A DNA stretch of 64,000 nucleotides. It comes from Takakia lepidozioides. Taxonomy: Eukaryota > Plantae > Bryophyta. Shown in pieces: positions 12,301 through 25,400 of the stretch (position 1 is the stretch's first letter; every line of letters begins with the position of its first letter). The translations under genes and the position numbers were made by a program. Location of the stretch: assembly GCA_030704615.1 (NCBI GenBank), contig CM060733.1:11780001-11844000 (forward strand). The letters are read 5' to 3'. The notes under the pieces were generated by a model. It saw only the letters and a program-made list of their open reading frames with translations, ran no database searches and had not been told where the DNA came from.

Positions 12301-13905
12301 GTGTTAAAGTGGAACAAGCAGTTGGTAGACTGACAAATCAGCAAGCTGGAGATCATCACCTGTGATTACGACATCTGTAAGATTATCTCCCTGGATGAGG
12401 CTGCTGTATCTTCCACCAGGAAGCTCTAGGCCACGACCATAGGATGGAAGAGGATCAACTACTGGGAACAACTCTGTTTCCTGTCATGACAACAAGAAGG
12501 ATTGAGGTAAGCATTACACTCGATCTTACTAAAAAATGAGAACACCCAACAAACAGAGATCTGGATTTTAACCTTCAGAGTTTCCACATGAAGGACATCC
12601 AATCTCAGAGTAAGACCTAGCTTTTATAATTCATTGAGTGGACATTCCATCGACCTCTCATTTCAGATATTGACAGCTATGATCCACAATAACAATGTAG
12701 GAAGTCTCTTGCATGTGACACACCCAGCCATCGCACTAACACAAAAGGTGGGGGGGAACCTATTGGCCTCCATTTCTTCTAAATTCTGACCTCACACCAT
12801 AAACGCGCCTAACAGAGCAAAATGAGGAGAAACCTAAGCACATGCCAAAGATAACTTAATGCTCCACAGAAGTTGATGTTTTGAATCATTATGGAAAAGG
12901 TTGAATTGCTACAGTGATCACTGGGATCAGCATTAGGTGATAGAGCAAGAAGGAGAGACTACCAATCACTGTTGCATTCCTCCTTTCTATCAGGAACGGC
13001 TGCTTCTGAGCTGCTTGGCGAAGTGGCCTCGTCCATGTCACATCATGGTCTGGCAGATGAGAGTAATCACCTCATGATTAAACTTGTCATCATCCTAAAC
13101 AGTGATCCATCATCAGTCATCATCCTAATCACCTCAGTCCAAATATAAGGAGATCATACCTGCGATCCAAGAAGTGTGGCCCCTTCATCCAAATACAGAG
13201 TAAGATGGCTGATAAGATTGAAGCTCCCAGTCAGCCATTGTCCTGGTGGGATGTATAGCTGTGCGCCTCCTTTGCCAGCAAATGTGCGCAAATAGAAGAT
13301 TGCATTTTCAAATGCATGGGTGTTCAGGAACTTGCCATCCCCTATGGCACCAAACTCTGTAATTGACACAGAATGTGGCCGGACCTGGCGGTCACTCACT
13401 CCGTGTTCACAGCTTGCTGGGACCTGCCAGAGAGTGTTTTATATGAGGGAAACATTTCTTTCGACTGAGATAGGAATGGAGAAAATCGTCTGCTTCGTTC
13501 CAGAAAGTGATTATCAATTGCTTATAATTGAATCCGTGCTGCAGAGGCCGAAGAAGGCCTCTGACACACAAAAATGTAAATGACCAGTTTCATCAGTTTC
13601 TTTTCAAAAGTTTCCAGCATTCTCATTCATGCAGGAGGTAAATTCATACTACACTAGATGGTTTGGTATACTCACCACAATCATAGAGTAGAGTTACACT
13701 GTAATTCTAGAAGCGGACGGGTATTCGGTGGCCTTACTCTTATATCAACGAAAATAGTCTCCTGGAAATCTGAATCCGTCCCGGACTCATTGGTGGCATC
13801 AGCTGAGAGACCAAAATTGCAATTTTGCCATCGATTCTCGAGACTAAGGCAGCTAAGCATCAGCACTAGAACGCGAAAAGCCTGGGACCCTGGCTTTCCC
13901 CACAT
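9361..13905 (-). CDS. Polygalacturonase-like GH28 protein (clade E type), 7 exons, 475 aa
   Basis: Exons 13905-13738, 13423-13160, 12480-12360, 11377-11203, 10801-10731, 10209-10004, 9783-9361 all have GT-AG boundaries and consistent phases (1428 nt). Motifs WLTGSFNLISH, PLPSYGRG, GTIDGQG, SPDTDGIDP, IKSGWDEYG, GSEMSGG. Exon 1 is the least certain. Confidence 0.92.
10540..10709 (+). mobile_element. Two stacked 3'-end fragments of the RTE-like LINE found at 61.7-62.4 kb, inside a PG intron
   Basis: 10594-10709 matches the reverse complement of about 61727-61840. 10540-10587 is a shorter copy of the same end (GCTACGGCAAAC..GTCTTATGAGTACA) followed by (TC)n. Confidence 0.8.
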
Positions 13906-15049
13906 CTCCAACCTGCCGCCTCAGTGTGACAGCACTCTTCTACCGGCATATACCATGCTCCCTCGCCTGAATCTACAGTCAAATCAGCTTGGAGATTCCA
14001 TGCCAAACCAGCAGTCTTCTGCAATCTCAAAGCGACATCAGAAGCAGAGGAAACCGATAGTAGAGCACGCAGGCTGACGAGAATCGCACTAAAAAAAATT
14101 TCCAGCTTCTTCGCCGTCCGCAAGCTCACAAACCTTTCAGCCTTAGTCGACCTGACTAATCATAGCACACACAGCACTCCTCATTAAGACTTTTCTTAGC
14201 CGCGGGGCCAGAAAAATTCCGTGGTGACACCATCTCCTTCCGAGCAACACAGCAAAAAAAATGTGAGAGATTTCCAGTCGTGTGATGGATTCACACGGTC
14301 GACGAAACCTACAACTGGCGACCTCTGTGATTATTGCTCTCGCCGTTCTGCTTATGTACACAAGCCGATCACTCCTCCTCCTCCTCCTCTTCTCGCACAC
14401 CGATCTGCACAGCACGGTCGTCAGCCATAAAAGCTCCGATCCAGCTGCGCAGCATCCTCTGTTCTGCGCTCGCTGCGCCCGAGACTCTTTAGTTTTGCCA
14501 GAGCCCTCCCTGCGCGGCGATACTCCCTCCCTGCGTGGCGACCGCCCTCTCATGTGCTCGCCCTGCCACGCCTGCCTTCCTTCCTTCTTTTCGCCCCCCC
14601 ACGTCACTTCTTCGACCGCATTCATCCATTACACGATCATTCATCCATGGTCGAACGTCTAGAAACGGTTGACGGGAAAGCCTGGTGACTTCCCATGGTT
14701 TCTTTTTCATTTTATTTTCTATTTTTATTTAACAATTGTGTTTTACAGCTATACTTGGAGTCAGTTGGAGTGCCTCTTCGGGAGCCGGATAACTTATAAA
14801 TATAAAGCTTAAAGAAACAAAATTAGGGGCGTAGTAAAAATGGCACGTGGCCCCTATGGGCCTGGGTGGGCCCATCCGGCCCTAAAGTTGGCAATACTAA
14901 ATAGCGACAATTGAAAATGTGATGAAATGGAGCAATTTGTGGCGAAACTGAGGCGCAATCACGGCCTCACTGATCTAACTAACCATGGTTGTGTCAGGCA
15001 CATGCTGCTTTTCATGTAGCATCTCGAGGGAACCTTCCCCTGGTTATCG

Positions 15050-15390
15050 AATATTCTACGTCGCTTATCGAAAGCTGTTTGGATTCTGTCCTTCGGATGA
15101 CTCTGGAAGAAGAGGAGCAAAATGACGCTCCTCTATGCCACCATAGCGAGAAGCTTGCGGTTAAGTCCCAAGCGTAGTGAGGATGGCGATGGCTTCCTGG
15201 AACACCTACCCATGAAACCTTGAAGCTTTCTTCATGGCCGCAGTGACCTGGAGGCACCGTGAGGGACCATGTCCTTGTTGCATCCATGTCAGTCACTTCA
15301 CAGACGATCCAAATTAGTTGGGCGAGAGCCTTTCAAATTCAACGAGCTGATGCGTCAGGTAGGAGCCATTTCCATCCTCTATCTTCTCCC
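15050..15390 (+). pseudogene. Decayed PPR DYW (cytidine deaminase-like) domain
   Basis: SVLRMTLEEEEQNDAPLCHHSEKLAV, then LPGTP and RADASGRSHFH in broken frames, resembles the DYW consensus VLHDVEEEEKE..LC.HSEKLA...PGTP...RDA.RFHHF. Confidence 0.75.
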
Positions 15391-16987
15391 TTGATCACAG
15401 CTAAGGCCATGCAGGTCAATCTTGTGGGTGATTTGGAGCCATAGCTTAACATTGTAAAGCACAGCCAAATCAGCAGCTTTCTTCAGGGTCCAGTGCGATT
15501 TGCTATCCTGGAAGTTGCCATCAAGTAACTTTCAGATACCGGTATCTTTTTGATGACTGAAGCACTGAATGGGGGACAATGAGCTAAGATTGAATGAAGG
15601 AGCGAGTTCATTTGTCGTGTCTGAGAGAAGAGAACTGTTGGTTTGAGGGAAGTCACAAGCGTGCCAGGTTCTGAGTTCTGAGACTAGGTGCTAGGATTCA
15701 CTTTGGTGTCGAGATCGTTTTCTTCGGTCCACAGTTGCTGCAACGAGCCTACTTGTGGTTTGCGATTCTTGCCTGAGCTGTCGCACGGGTGTAGTTATGG
15801 GAGTGCGGTTCGCTGCTCTCCTGAGCGGACAGGAGAGGCCATACTTGAGGCCCCGTTTCTCCGCCCGGTGAAAGGGAGAGGAGCCTCATGTCACGCAGAC
15901 TATCGGGCCCGGCTGTGAATTGGGTTTCCAACTTGGCAATTCCAGACCCAGGACATCGCGGGTGATGGCTATGACGGCTCCCCGGCCTCCAGGGATAATG
16001 AAGAGAGGTATGGACTTGCAAATCTTTCATACGAGCATTCAGGTCTCTAAACTGCGTGCGGACAGAGCAGATCAGATATTGTATAGAACCCATCTCAGCA
16101 GAAACTCCATCCATCTTGTGCTATGGTCAAGGAGAAGTATAATCGACAAGCCTGTCCTCCTTCCAACAGCTCCTCAGTTGCTTCCTGGCATAACTCCTGG
16201 GGGAAATTCAGCAGGAGTCGCAAGAGGATTACTCCTTAATGTAAAGAGCCAATTTCCACAGATGCGCGGCACATTGCTACGGGCAGTGCAGAGCGGCAAT
16301 CGCCTATCAAACCGAGGGTTGGATACAGGGCAGATATTTATGTGATCATGAGCCAAACATCAAACCTCTTTCAGCTAGTTGCCGGGATCATGATATAGTT
16401 CAAAGTTTTGGACTTTGACAATGGCATCCCCAGTTTCAAGAAGATTGGGTATGTGGGCGATCTTGTTTGGTATGATGGGGGAGCTTCCAGTACCCTGAGA
16501 CAGGTTGACACCTATTCCTTCTACTGGTCAAATCCTCCAAGAGGTTTCAAAGTTCACTAGCCTGGATTTTTTAGTTACAAACAAGAGACTTGAGCTCCCA
16601 GCTTTACAGACACAATTAATCTGAAGAAAGAAATAAGATAAAAATAAAGTTAACATCCAAAGAACTGCTGTTTGTTCTGGGTACTTATTAGCATGTACTC
16701 AACAGAGACTGTTCCGGTTTCACTGTCAGCCATGTTGCTCAGCCTGTTCCTGGTCCAGTGAGGCCTACGTACAATTATGAGGACCAGAAGTTGAACATAC
16801 CGATCCGTTCCGATGAGGCAAGAGAGGTAGGAAAGGCTCGACTCTGTCAGTGATACTATGCAGTTCGGACAGGCTCCTCCCTGTCAGTCTGAGACAGGAA
16901 TCTGCCAACACAGTGCCCACAACAATATAAAACCGTTCAGTCAATCCAGGGGTTTGTGCCTCGGTATATGGAGTGTCATTACTACTT

Positions 16988-18669
16988 GGACTGCACTTAC
17001 ACGTTCGAACAATCTGCAGTTCAAACTCCTGAGTTAAGAGTCAAGACCACACAATCTAGCTATAAACATTGCCTTCCTTTCGGCAATCCTTGTCTTCCTG
17101 GAGGCGTCTTTGTAACTGGAAGGTACAACGAAGATAGGAAACCATCTAAGGATTGAATGTCTTGTTGCTCTCAAATTATACAGACTAAACATGTTGATGT
17201 GCGGGTTTTTTCGCTGGAGTAAGAAAATGGAGGCCTGTTTTTCAGACAGGGCTGGACGAATGTGAGCGAGCGAGGCAGAGGCAGCTTACCTTCCCCCTCG
17301 GCAGGCGTCCAGTCTGCCACAGATTCTGATCTGGCGCTTGGGGATCCTTGTAAGTGAGAGTCTTTCTGTGTGTTGGATACGGGAAAGTTATTTTTGCTGA
17401 AGTTTGCCTACCTGGGTTGGCTTCAGGGGATCTGTATATAAGTGAGTCGATTGGACACCTTGGTCTCACCTTCTAGAGTCTCGTTCTCTTCGGGGTGCTT
17501 GTAAGAGAGTATCGGGAAGTTTACAAGTCGGTTGCTCATTCTTCGGGATACTCACAGGTTACAGTTGCTTTGATGTTCAATTGCTGTCGTCATTTCGCAG
17601 GTGTTTGATTGTCCAGATTATCACAAGCTAGAACTGCCTGTTGTTGAACCTCACAGACTGGAGTTTCTTATTTTCCGATTGTTTACATTCTCAAGGGTGC
17701 TTTCCATCAGTTTGTGACCGGCTAGATTTGCGTATTGTTGGAGATTTTCAGTCTAGAGTGGATCTCCTCAGAAGTCTAACAAGCCAAGCGGCTTGTTCTC
17801 ATAGGAAGATGTGTTTTGCTCAGACCCTCAGAAATTCTGCACTTGGCTGAATCTTTGTGTACCCCAAAGAGAACCATTTTTGCCATTTCTGTTCCACAAG
17901 AAAATACATATGAAATGTCTGAGAGCATACAGCAAGTCTGCCTGGCCGAAGATGAAAGCAAAAGTTGCACGAATAGCACACATTTCCGCAGATTCAATTG
18001 CAACGTCAGTTGCGGCATTTAGTACTAAGGGCTTGCTCAAGCTGGCTCGCCTTCTTGCTCCATGCCTGCTTCTGCAAGTCTCTTTCCTGCATACAGACAA
18101 TTTATGTCAGTGTCAATGGATGGCCTATGAAGGACCCCTCAACCACTCAGGCATTGTCATCAATGATCCCAATTGACATCGAAGCTAGGGATTAGTGTAG
18201 AACTTCTGACTTTTTTGCTCAAAATTGGATGCTTCAATGATGGAAAGGGCTCAAGAAAATGTGTTGCAATCCCACATGGCTACAACAAATGTACCTGTCT
18301 TACATATTTATTTGGCACTCTCAGCTTGTACCTACCAGTCTAGACAATGTCTGAGCAGCCATGAGGCTCTTAAAACTCATGTCCGTCTCTAGTTGGCCTG
18401 GTTACTCTTTCCTCTCGTCTCCTGGGATAAAGAAACGTAAGTTCAGCTAACAAAAACCCATAACAAACCAAGAAGCTGAGACTGAAACCTAAGGGTAAGG
18501 TTCTACAGGCATGTGACTCTTTTTGTTAATAGCTGGGATATCAAGAGATTGTCAGTCTTTTGACAACCACTCAGTGCCATCTTTCAGTGATTTCCCCACA
18601 AATCCTTTGCAGGATCCAACACCATAATTTCTACATCATCATGATGCTCATATTCACAATTACAGGATA
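16988..18669 (+). repeat. Local segmental duplication, copy A (internally deleted)
   Basis: 16988-18300 matches 28426-29800 and 18312-18669 matches 31294-31659. The about 1.5-kb interval between them in copy B is absent here. Confidence 0.93.
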
Positions 18670-18907
18670 GATCACTACAGAACAAGGAGTTAGATGTATA
18701 ATTTCTAGTTAACAATGAGGGCGCAGTAGCTTATTTTGTTGTGGAACAGCTCAAACAAGGTTTGAGGCCTTCTCTTTAGACCTCCAAATGAGAGGAATAA
18801 CTGCTTCAGCCTTTCTGCTTGAAGTGCAAAAGAAATTTTCGAGAATTTGTGCATTTCTATCACATACAATATCCAGAATGTAGCCTTAAAGGATCTGATA
18901 TGCATAC

Positions 18908-19960
18908 CTGCCAGACAGGATAGTAACCCCGGCATAATAAAAGAATTCAGTTCCAGGTCCTGTGGGCCAGAACTTGTATGGGAATTTAAGAAATATTTTT
19001 GTGTAGATAGCCATGTCAAACTGAAATATTGCTTTGAGCTTCCAGAACTGTACAAAAACACACAAAAATTACATCCATACAAGCAAAACTCTAATTCTTC
19101 AGCAAATATTCAAGCTCCACAAAGTCATGGAGCCATGCTTGTGGACCAGCAACCATATTGTATTAAGCAGAAAGAGGCAGACCTTACCGGTAGATCTGGC
19201 TCAAATCTGATTAGTTTACTCTGTAGGACCCCCAGACTCACAGTTGCAATTGCATACTCAGCTGTGTACAGTGACCCATCTTCCGTCAGCACTGTGACCC
19301 CTTTTGACGAATGTTTTATCTGTCGAACCACCTGAAAGCATCCACGAAACAGGAGCCATATCATACATACATGGTCCAGTTGAATTTCTAGGAGAGTACC
19401 TTTATTGATCTCATCTGGCTTTCCTGTCCACCTTACTGGCAGTATGTTTCAGTAAACACAGGACAAAATAAAGAACCCTTAACAGCTGTTGAAGGGTGAG
19501 GTGAGCTTATTTAGAACAGATTTCAGCGCTACCCAACTATTCTGCAGACTGTTTGCACAACTGCTGTCATCTATGAACACATTGAATTCAATATCACCAC
19601 AGAGTCCCTGGGGGAATGCAAGCAGAACAAAACACAGCGAAACTCGTCCACTGTAGGAGCTTGGACCTTGAGCCAATCTTCTCAAATCAGCTACCAACAT
19701 GAAGCATTGCATGTCCCCAAAGTTGGGCAGAGACACAGAAGACAGGGTTCCTAGTAGACCATAGACTCTCACCCACCTTACCTTGTTCAACTTGACATGG
19801 GGATCAGTGATCACACCATCATGATTTTCAAGGAATTGGTTTGCCAAGTGTTCAACTATCACTTTACCTCGCTTGTCACACACAAAGTAAGTATCCTGCC
19901 CGAAGTTGGCAAAAGTGGGGAGTGACTGGGTGTTCTTGAGACCCGTTATCCGGGGTGGCT
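18908..19960 (-). pseudogene. PAO: Polyamine oxidase (PAO1-like) fragment: three middle exons
   Basis: Exons 19960-19782 (EPPR...FGQDTYFV...DPHVKLNK), 19331-19188 (VVRQI...GVLQSKLIRFEPDLP) and 19047-18908 (WK...[17 protein letters not shown]...RGYYPVWQ; 140 nt, frameshifted by an apparent 10-bp deletion). No 5' or 3' exons adjacent. Confidence 0.88.
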
Positions 19961-20445
19961 CTGCATTCAAAACATCTCATCAAACAATGATTTACTACTT
20001 TGCTCTGAGAGTAAATATCAAATTTCTGATGCAGCGATCTTGGAATCTTGATCCTGAATGCTGCAAGTGTTCCCAGGAGGGGTGGAAAGAGAGACTCTCA
20101 TTAAGGAAAAGTATCAAGTGACGTGAAATGGTACTTAATTCCGTGGGAAGGTCAAAGAAGGAAAGGAATGAAGAAGCAGCTTTACTAGCTTGAACAGAAT
20201 AGTGACACTGAAGAAGGATCTTCTGTCTGGGACCTGGTCACCATTTTTCAGCTGCAACCGCTGGAGCATAAAATCCAGAAGTATGTTGACAAATAGCACA
20301 AAGACAACCCGTGGTCTAATGGCATTTTAGGGATCTGCAGAAGTTTTCTGTGGTGTGTGATCTGAAAACTCACTACAGTACCCTACTTGCGACTATCATA
20401 CCTAATCTACAGTATATGACAACAACATCACAATGTATCCGTATT

Positions 20446-22026
20446 TTATGTCCTTCTGTTAAAGAATCTTCCCCCTTTCTGACCCACTCCTGTGCCTGCA
20501 AGACCAGCAGCCAAAAGAGACTTGGCATCCGGCCTCCAGAGCAATTCCTTCATTGTTAGAAAGCGGCCAGAAAGAGCAGGACTCATCTCTGAATCCCTAA
20601 TGTTGCCACAAAAGGTCACTCGCAATCTCTGCAGATCCTTGCAAGCCTGTACCACCTGATCCAATCCAGCAGTGGTGACCAGAGAGCAACCTGCTAATCC
20701 TAGCAGCTTAATTCGCTTGCAACTAGCGGCAAGACCGAAGGTTAGGTCGTCCAATCCCCAACAATCCTGAAACTCGAGCTCCCTCACAAAAACGCATACA
20801 GTCAGCAACGCTGCAAAGCCTGCCCGGTCCCGGAGATCACAACGCACGAGTTGTAGACGTTCAATAGCCTTACAACGGCCCAAGTGCTGTGCTGGCCCAG
20901 GGTTTCGATCAATCTGCTTGCACCCTTCGAGGCGTAAGGTCTTCAAACAAGTCAAAAATGATATCGCTGCAACCCAACCCTCGTAGAAACCCTTGTTTGA
21001 GAGGGTTAACTCTTCCAACATTACACAACACTTTCCTATAGCAGAAATTCCTTCATAACTAGCTTCGCATCCGCTCAGTTCTAAGCTGACCAATCTGCGA
21101 AATGTGCGGCTCATAATTGTGAGACCAATATCAGTAAAGGTGCAGTGATAGAAGCCTGTCACAGATCCCATCAATCTCACAATCTGCAAATTCTCACATG
21201 CAGAAACCGCTCTTAAAGTCTCATCTGTGCACTGAAAGAGTTCCAACTCCTGAAGCATAGGACAATTCGTGGCTATCCTTGCAATCCCTGTCTCTGACCC
21301 GGACTTTTTCTTGACGAATTGCTCCCCTCCAGTCCAACTAATCACCGTATCTGTCGCGCCCTTCAAGGGAGGACTATAACCAGATAAAGACTCTGCTTTT
21401 GTATCCGTTTGGAAAATGAAATCACCACCGACATCCTTCTCCCCGTTTCCATCTTTCTCCCCCTTGCTGTCTTTCTCAATGCCATTTGGCACAGATTCCT
21501 GAGCAACCTCCCTTGCAATGGAGCCATCCCTGCCCAAGTAAGTTTCTCTTCTGACGTCGACTACACACAGTCTTTGCAGTCCGGGGCAGGTATCGGCCAA
21601 AACCTTGAGGCCATTGTCCAGCTTGGCGGGAGAAAGCTGTTGCTCCTCTATACAATGCTCGATTGAACAAGGATCCACTGCATCACAACTAAGCTGGACA
21701 GTGAGGCCCTGATGAGTGAGAAGAATAGCAGAACCCCTTTGCTGGCGGGAGGTGGAAATACATGCCCGCGTGAGGTCCACATCCGTCAAGTTGGGAAACC
21801 TTGCAGTCATGCGTCCACTCTCCAGAAACCTCCATTCCTGGACCTTTATCGAGAGCTTCAAAAGGCCATGTAGTTTCATCCAACGCTTACAAACGAGAGA
21901 ATAATGCGGTGAGGGAGGTAAGAGCTTCAAAATCCTCACTAAAAGTTCGTCATTCCAGCTGCTAGTCAAGTCCCCGCTGGTGGTTTTCCAAAAGTCTATC
22001 TTGTTTCCCAGGCCTTTGCTCCGCAT
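20446..22026 (-). CDS. F-box/LRR protein, At5g07670/At5g51380-like, intronless, 526 aa
   Basis: F-box (DELLVRILKLLP...SLVCKRW), then FLESGRMTARFPNLTDVDL, LELSGCE.SYEGI.AIG.CC.MLEELTL, and the family-typical C-terminus WRPD.KS.L...L.GTG.G.KGG.FF. First ATG at 22026. Confidence 0.9.
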   Translation of the reverse strand: MRSKGLGNKIDFWKTTSGDLTSSWNDELLVRILKLLPPSPHYSLVCKRWMKLHGLLKLSIKVQEWRFLESGRMTARFPNLTDVDLTRACISTSRQQRGSAILLTHQGLTVQLSCDAVDPCSIEHCIEEQQLSPAKLDNGLKVLADTCPGLQRLCVVDVRRETYLGRDGSIAREVAQESVPNGIEKDSKGEKDGNGEKDVGGDFIFQTDTKAESLSGYSPPLKGATDTVISWTGGEQFVKKKSGSETGIARIATNCPMLQELELFQCTDETLRAVSACENLQIVRLMGSVTGFYHCTFTDIGLTIMSRTFRRLVSLELSGCEASYEGISAIGKCCVMLEELTLSNKGFYEGWVAAISFLTCLKTLRLEGCKQIDRNPGPAQHLGRCKAIERLQLVRCDLRDRAGFAALLTVCVFVRELEFQDCWGLDDLTFGLAASCKRIKLLGLAGCSLVTTAGLDQVVQACKDLQRLRVTFCGNIRDSEMSPALSGRFLTMKELLWRPDAKSLLAAGLAGTGVGQKGGRFFNRRT

Positions 22027-22143
22027 AGTTGCAAAGTTCAAAACCCTGTGCTTGATCCTCCTCACGCGAATCTGAACATGTACCCTCTGTCTCCTTTCCT
22101 CCTCACACTAATTAATCTAAATACCTATCTCCGTCCCCTCTTC

Positions 22144-22181
<38 letters not shown>

Positions 22182-22439
22182 CTGTGCAAAGTTAAAGCAC
22201 TCGTGGCTCTATCTCTGTGGCAAGCTTCACATGCAATCCCTGGAGCCTGTACAAGACGCGTGCGTGTGGACCTTCCTGGCCACGACCCCTTTCGGCACAA
22301 CTCCAGCGTTGCTCTTTTTTTTTTTTTTTTTTTTTGGTTTTAAAGAGAAATATTGCATTTATTCCCAAAATTATGGGAAAAAAAATAAAACCCCTTTTTG
22401 CACCACGAGGGCTACACACTGTAGTCAATGAAGGGTGAT

Positions 22440-25400
22440 CAAATACGCTAAAGTGCAGCATTGTGCTCATAGAGAGAGGACCACTCGAAACAACTTAGCC
22501 CTGTCCGAGAGACTTCCAAAAAATGTCTAAGCCTGTAGATGAGATTACCGAGGAACTAATCTACAGCTACGCTTTAACGGAAATTTAGCCTGGAAGTAAT
22601 GGCGGGGTGCTTGACGTGTTTCCAGTTCACGTCTCTCTCAAATTCCGGCGAGGCCGTGGAGTGGAGCTCTGAGGTCTCTCCAGCGCTGAGGGGGGAGAGC
22701 GTTCCAAACACAGTGTTCCTACTCGTCGCTTTGACAAATGATGCCATGGCAGGCCCACGTCGCTCTGAATGTGGCATGGATTGTTGGCGCCTGCCCGGGG
22801 TCCTGTGACAATCTGCAACACATTTTGCCCAAGCTTTTTTCGACTCCGTTAAAAGGTCTTTGTACACCATCACCAACAAAGTGGAGGTACTGATTATCTC
22901 CTTGCTAAACATCTAGCACGCCATAAGTGCCATAACGTAGATGCGCGAAGAGTCTCAAAGACCGGACGTGGAAAGGATCGGGCCATGGTTGTTTTGTTGT
23001 AAATAAGTAGCAGATCCATAGGGCCAATGGCCGAGAGGCTCCAATGTCTGTAGAAGACTTGATCAAGAGCCAGATTTTGGCTGGCGCTGTACAGGCAAGA
23101 AGGCAGTGCTCATGAGTTTCAATGATACCCGAAGAGCAGCATCTACACAATAAAGCTTCATGGAATTGCAACCATCTCCCACTTTTAGGGCTCTGTTCGC
23201 TACTTGCCATAAAAGTGCCGAGGTCTTGGCAGGCCTAATGTTTAGCCAGATAGAAGACCAGATTGCTGACCAGTTCTCATTCAAGAATCCAAAGTGACTC
23301 CATTTGCTATTCCACTTAGTGGAGAGGGATGGCTGGATGTTAAGAGCCCTATAAGCCTTCTTGGGGGTGAAGGTAAGAAGGGGTGTTGCAGTGCGGCCGA
23401 AGGCCCATTCCCATTTTTTGGGTCCAACTGGAGGTCCGCCAGAGGTCTTCCCAGGATCCACACAAATGTGGAGGCATTAACCCAAGACAGGACAGGTACG
23501 ATAAGAGGTGGTTGGGGATCAAACTCTTTGAACTTAGATGACCAATTGCATATTCTCACCGGGGTATGATTGAAACGAGGGAAGAGGGTTTGGGATTGAG
23601 AAACCAAGATTAGAACTAGAGTTTCGGGGTTGATATGGTAAGGGAACTCTGAGAAGTGGGTGTCTGTGGCAACAATCACGAATAGGATGGTGAGTCTGTT
23701 GCTTATGACTCCCAATGTCTAGAAGGTCCCGCCTGTAGAGACACGGTCCAAGTTTGAGGTATAGAATTTATGACCGTTTGAAGCCCGGCCTTGGCTCTGA
23801 TTGACCCCAGTATAGGGCTAATTGTGTCAATATGCAGGAAGCCTGCAGGCGACCACAGGTGTTTTAGTTGACTGATGCCCCTGCTGTCCCAGACATACCA
23901 CTTTTTTGCCAGCGATTTTTCAGTTGGTGTGGGCACGTTGGTGTTCAAAAATAGGTGCTGGCAGAAGGGTTTCCTCGTAAGTTTCTGCTTTTCTTTGTGG
24001 AGAAATGGTCTCAGTGCAGCCCAAGCTTTCCAGATGACGTTCCATAGGGATGATCCCACCATTTTGTGCTTGAATCCTTGTGTGATCCAACGAATGGAGG
24101 GGTGCCATTTAGAGGTCTTAAGGCGGCTTGCCATCATCAGATTTCCTACCACCAAAAACTTCCACCAGCCTCCTTCTGGGCCTAAGAATCTTGGCAGCCA
24201 CTTCCCGAGGAGGGATGTGATTGGATCTCCGGGTCCAGAACCCCCAGTCCTCCCAGTTTTTTTGGCTGGCAGATCTGTCTCCAGGAGACCTGTGGCCTGA
24301 CCTTTTGGCCTACTTTGTTAAGCTCCCCATACAAAATTTCACAATAAAGCTTTGTATTCACATATTTGCCTTTTGGAAGGGCACCAGGATGCTACATAGA
24401 ACCATAGGCCAGCCGAGAAAATCTGGTTGGCCACAAGTGCCTGACTTGCACATGATTGAGAAGAACTTAGAACCCCAAAAAGTGAGGTTTCTTTGGATCT
24501 TGGATAGAATGGGTGCAAATTGTTGCTCATTGGTGATATCAAGCCCATAGGTGTACCCTAGCAACGTTGTCGTCTGGCTAGGTTGCAGCCATGAGAGGCC
24601 CAAGGCCTGGCCCCAAGAGGGCAACGTCCCAGAAGGGATTTTGATGTGTCTCCAGCGAGGATGGCACAAGTTTTGGTTCCAGTTGACCTTGAAACTAGAG
24701 GCGTCACAGAAGGCCTCCAAAGTTGTTGCAATTCTGTCCAAGTTGGTTTGGCTTGCTTGAAGCATAAGGAAAGTGTCATCTACATACATGGATTCCCTGA
24801 TGTAGGCAGGCTGGTTAGTTATTTAGTTAGTGATTCTAAGACCTAGAATCTGCCTGTCTGCTTGTAGCATGTATGCAAGCGTGTCGGCGACAATAATGAA
24901 GAGGAAATGAGCCAGGAGGCAGCCTTGACGGACAGATCGATATAGGTTGAATGGCTTTGACACCGAACCGTTGATGATTACCCTGCTGGTTGACCCATCA
25001 TTTGACAGAGTAGAATGGCCTTTCCTAATGGGCACCTTGGCCAAGATTGATTTGCCTCCCTCCTTTTGTCAATAGGTCGAAGTCTAGAAGGATTAGGGCA
25101 ATAGCCTGCTGGGTTTGAAGGGCGTACTGGGGAAGCTCTTGTGCAAGAAGAAGGTTATCCATGATGTATCTCCCCTTAATGAAGCCCAATTGGCTAGGTC
25201 TAATGATTGAAGGAAGAAGAGGTTGAAGACGTAGAGCCAGGCTTTTGGCTATAATCTTATATGCAACATTGAGGAGAGTTATGGGCCTGTAGTTGCTTAA
25301 GTCCGTCCTGTGTCCCTTTTTGAAAATCAGGGAGATGACTCCCTGTGACATGTTTCCCGACATTTGGTTCGCTTGGAAAATGTGGTTGGCCATGGCCCAA

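Noticed and set aside
14843-14876. G-box and TGGGC(C/T) sites as the PG promoter
   Set aside because: Short motifs that occur repeatedly across the window; no TSS evidence.
15400-16560. Coding-like minus-strand segment (coiled coil, possibly LINE ORF1)
   Set aside because: Frames are broken and no motif could be assigned with confidence.
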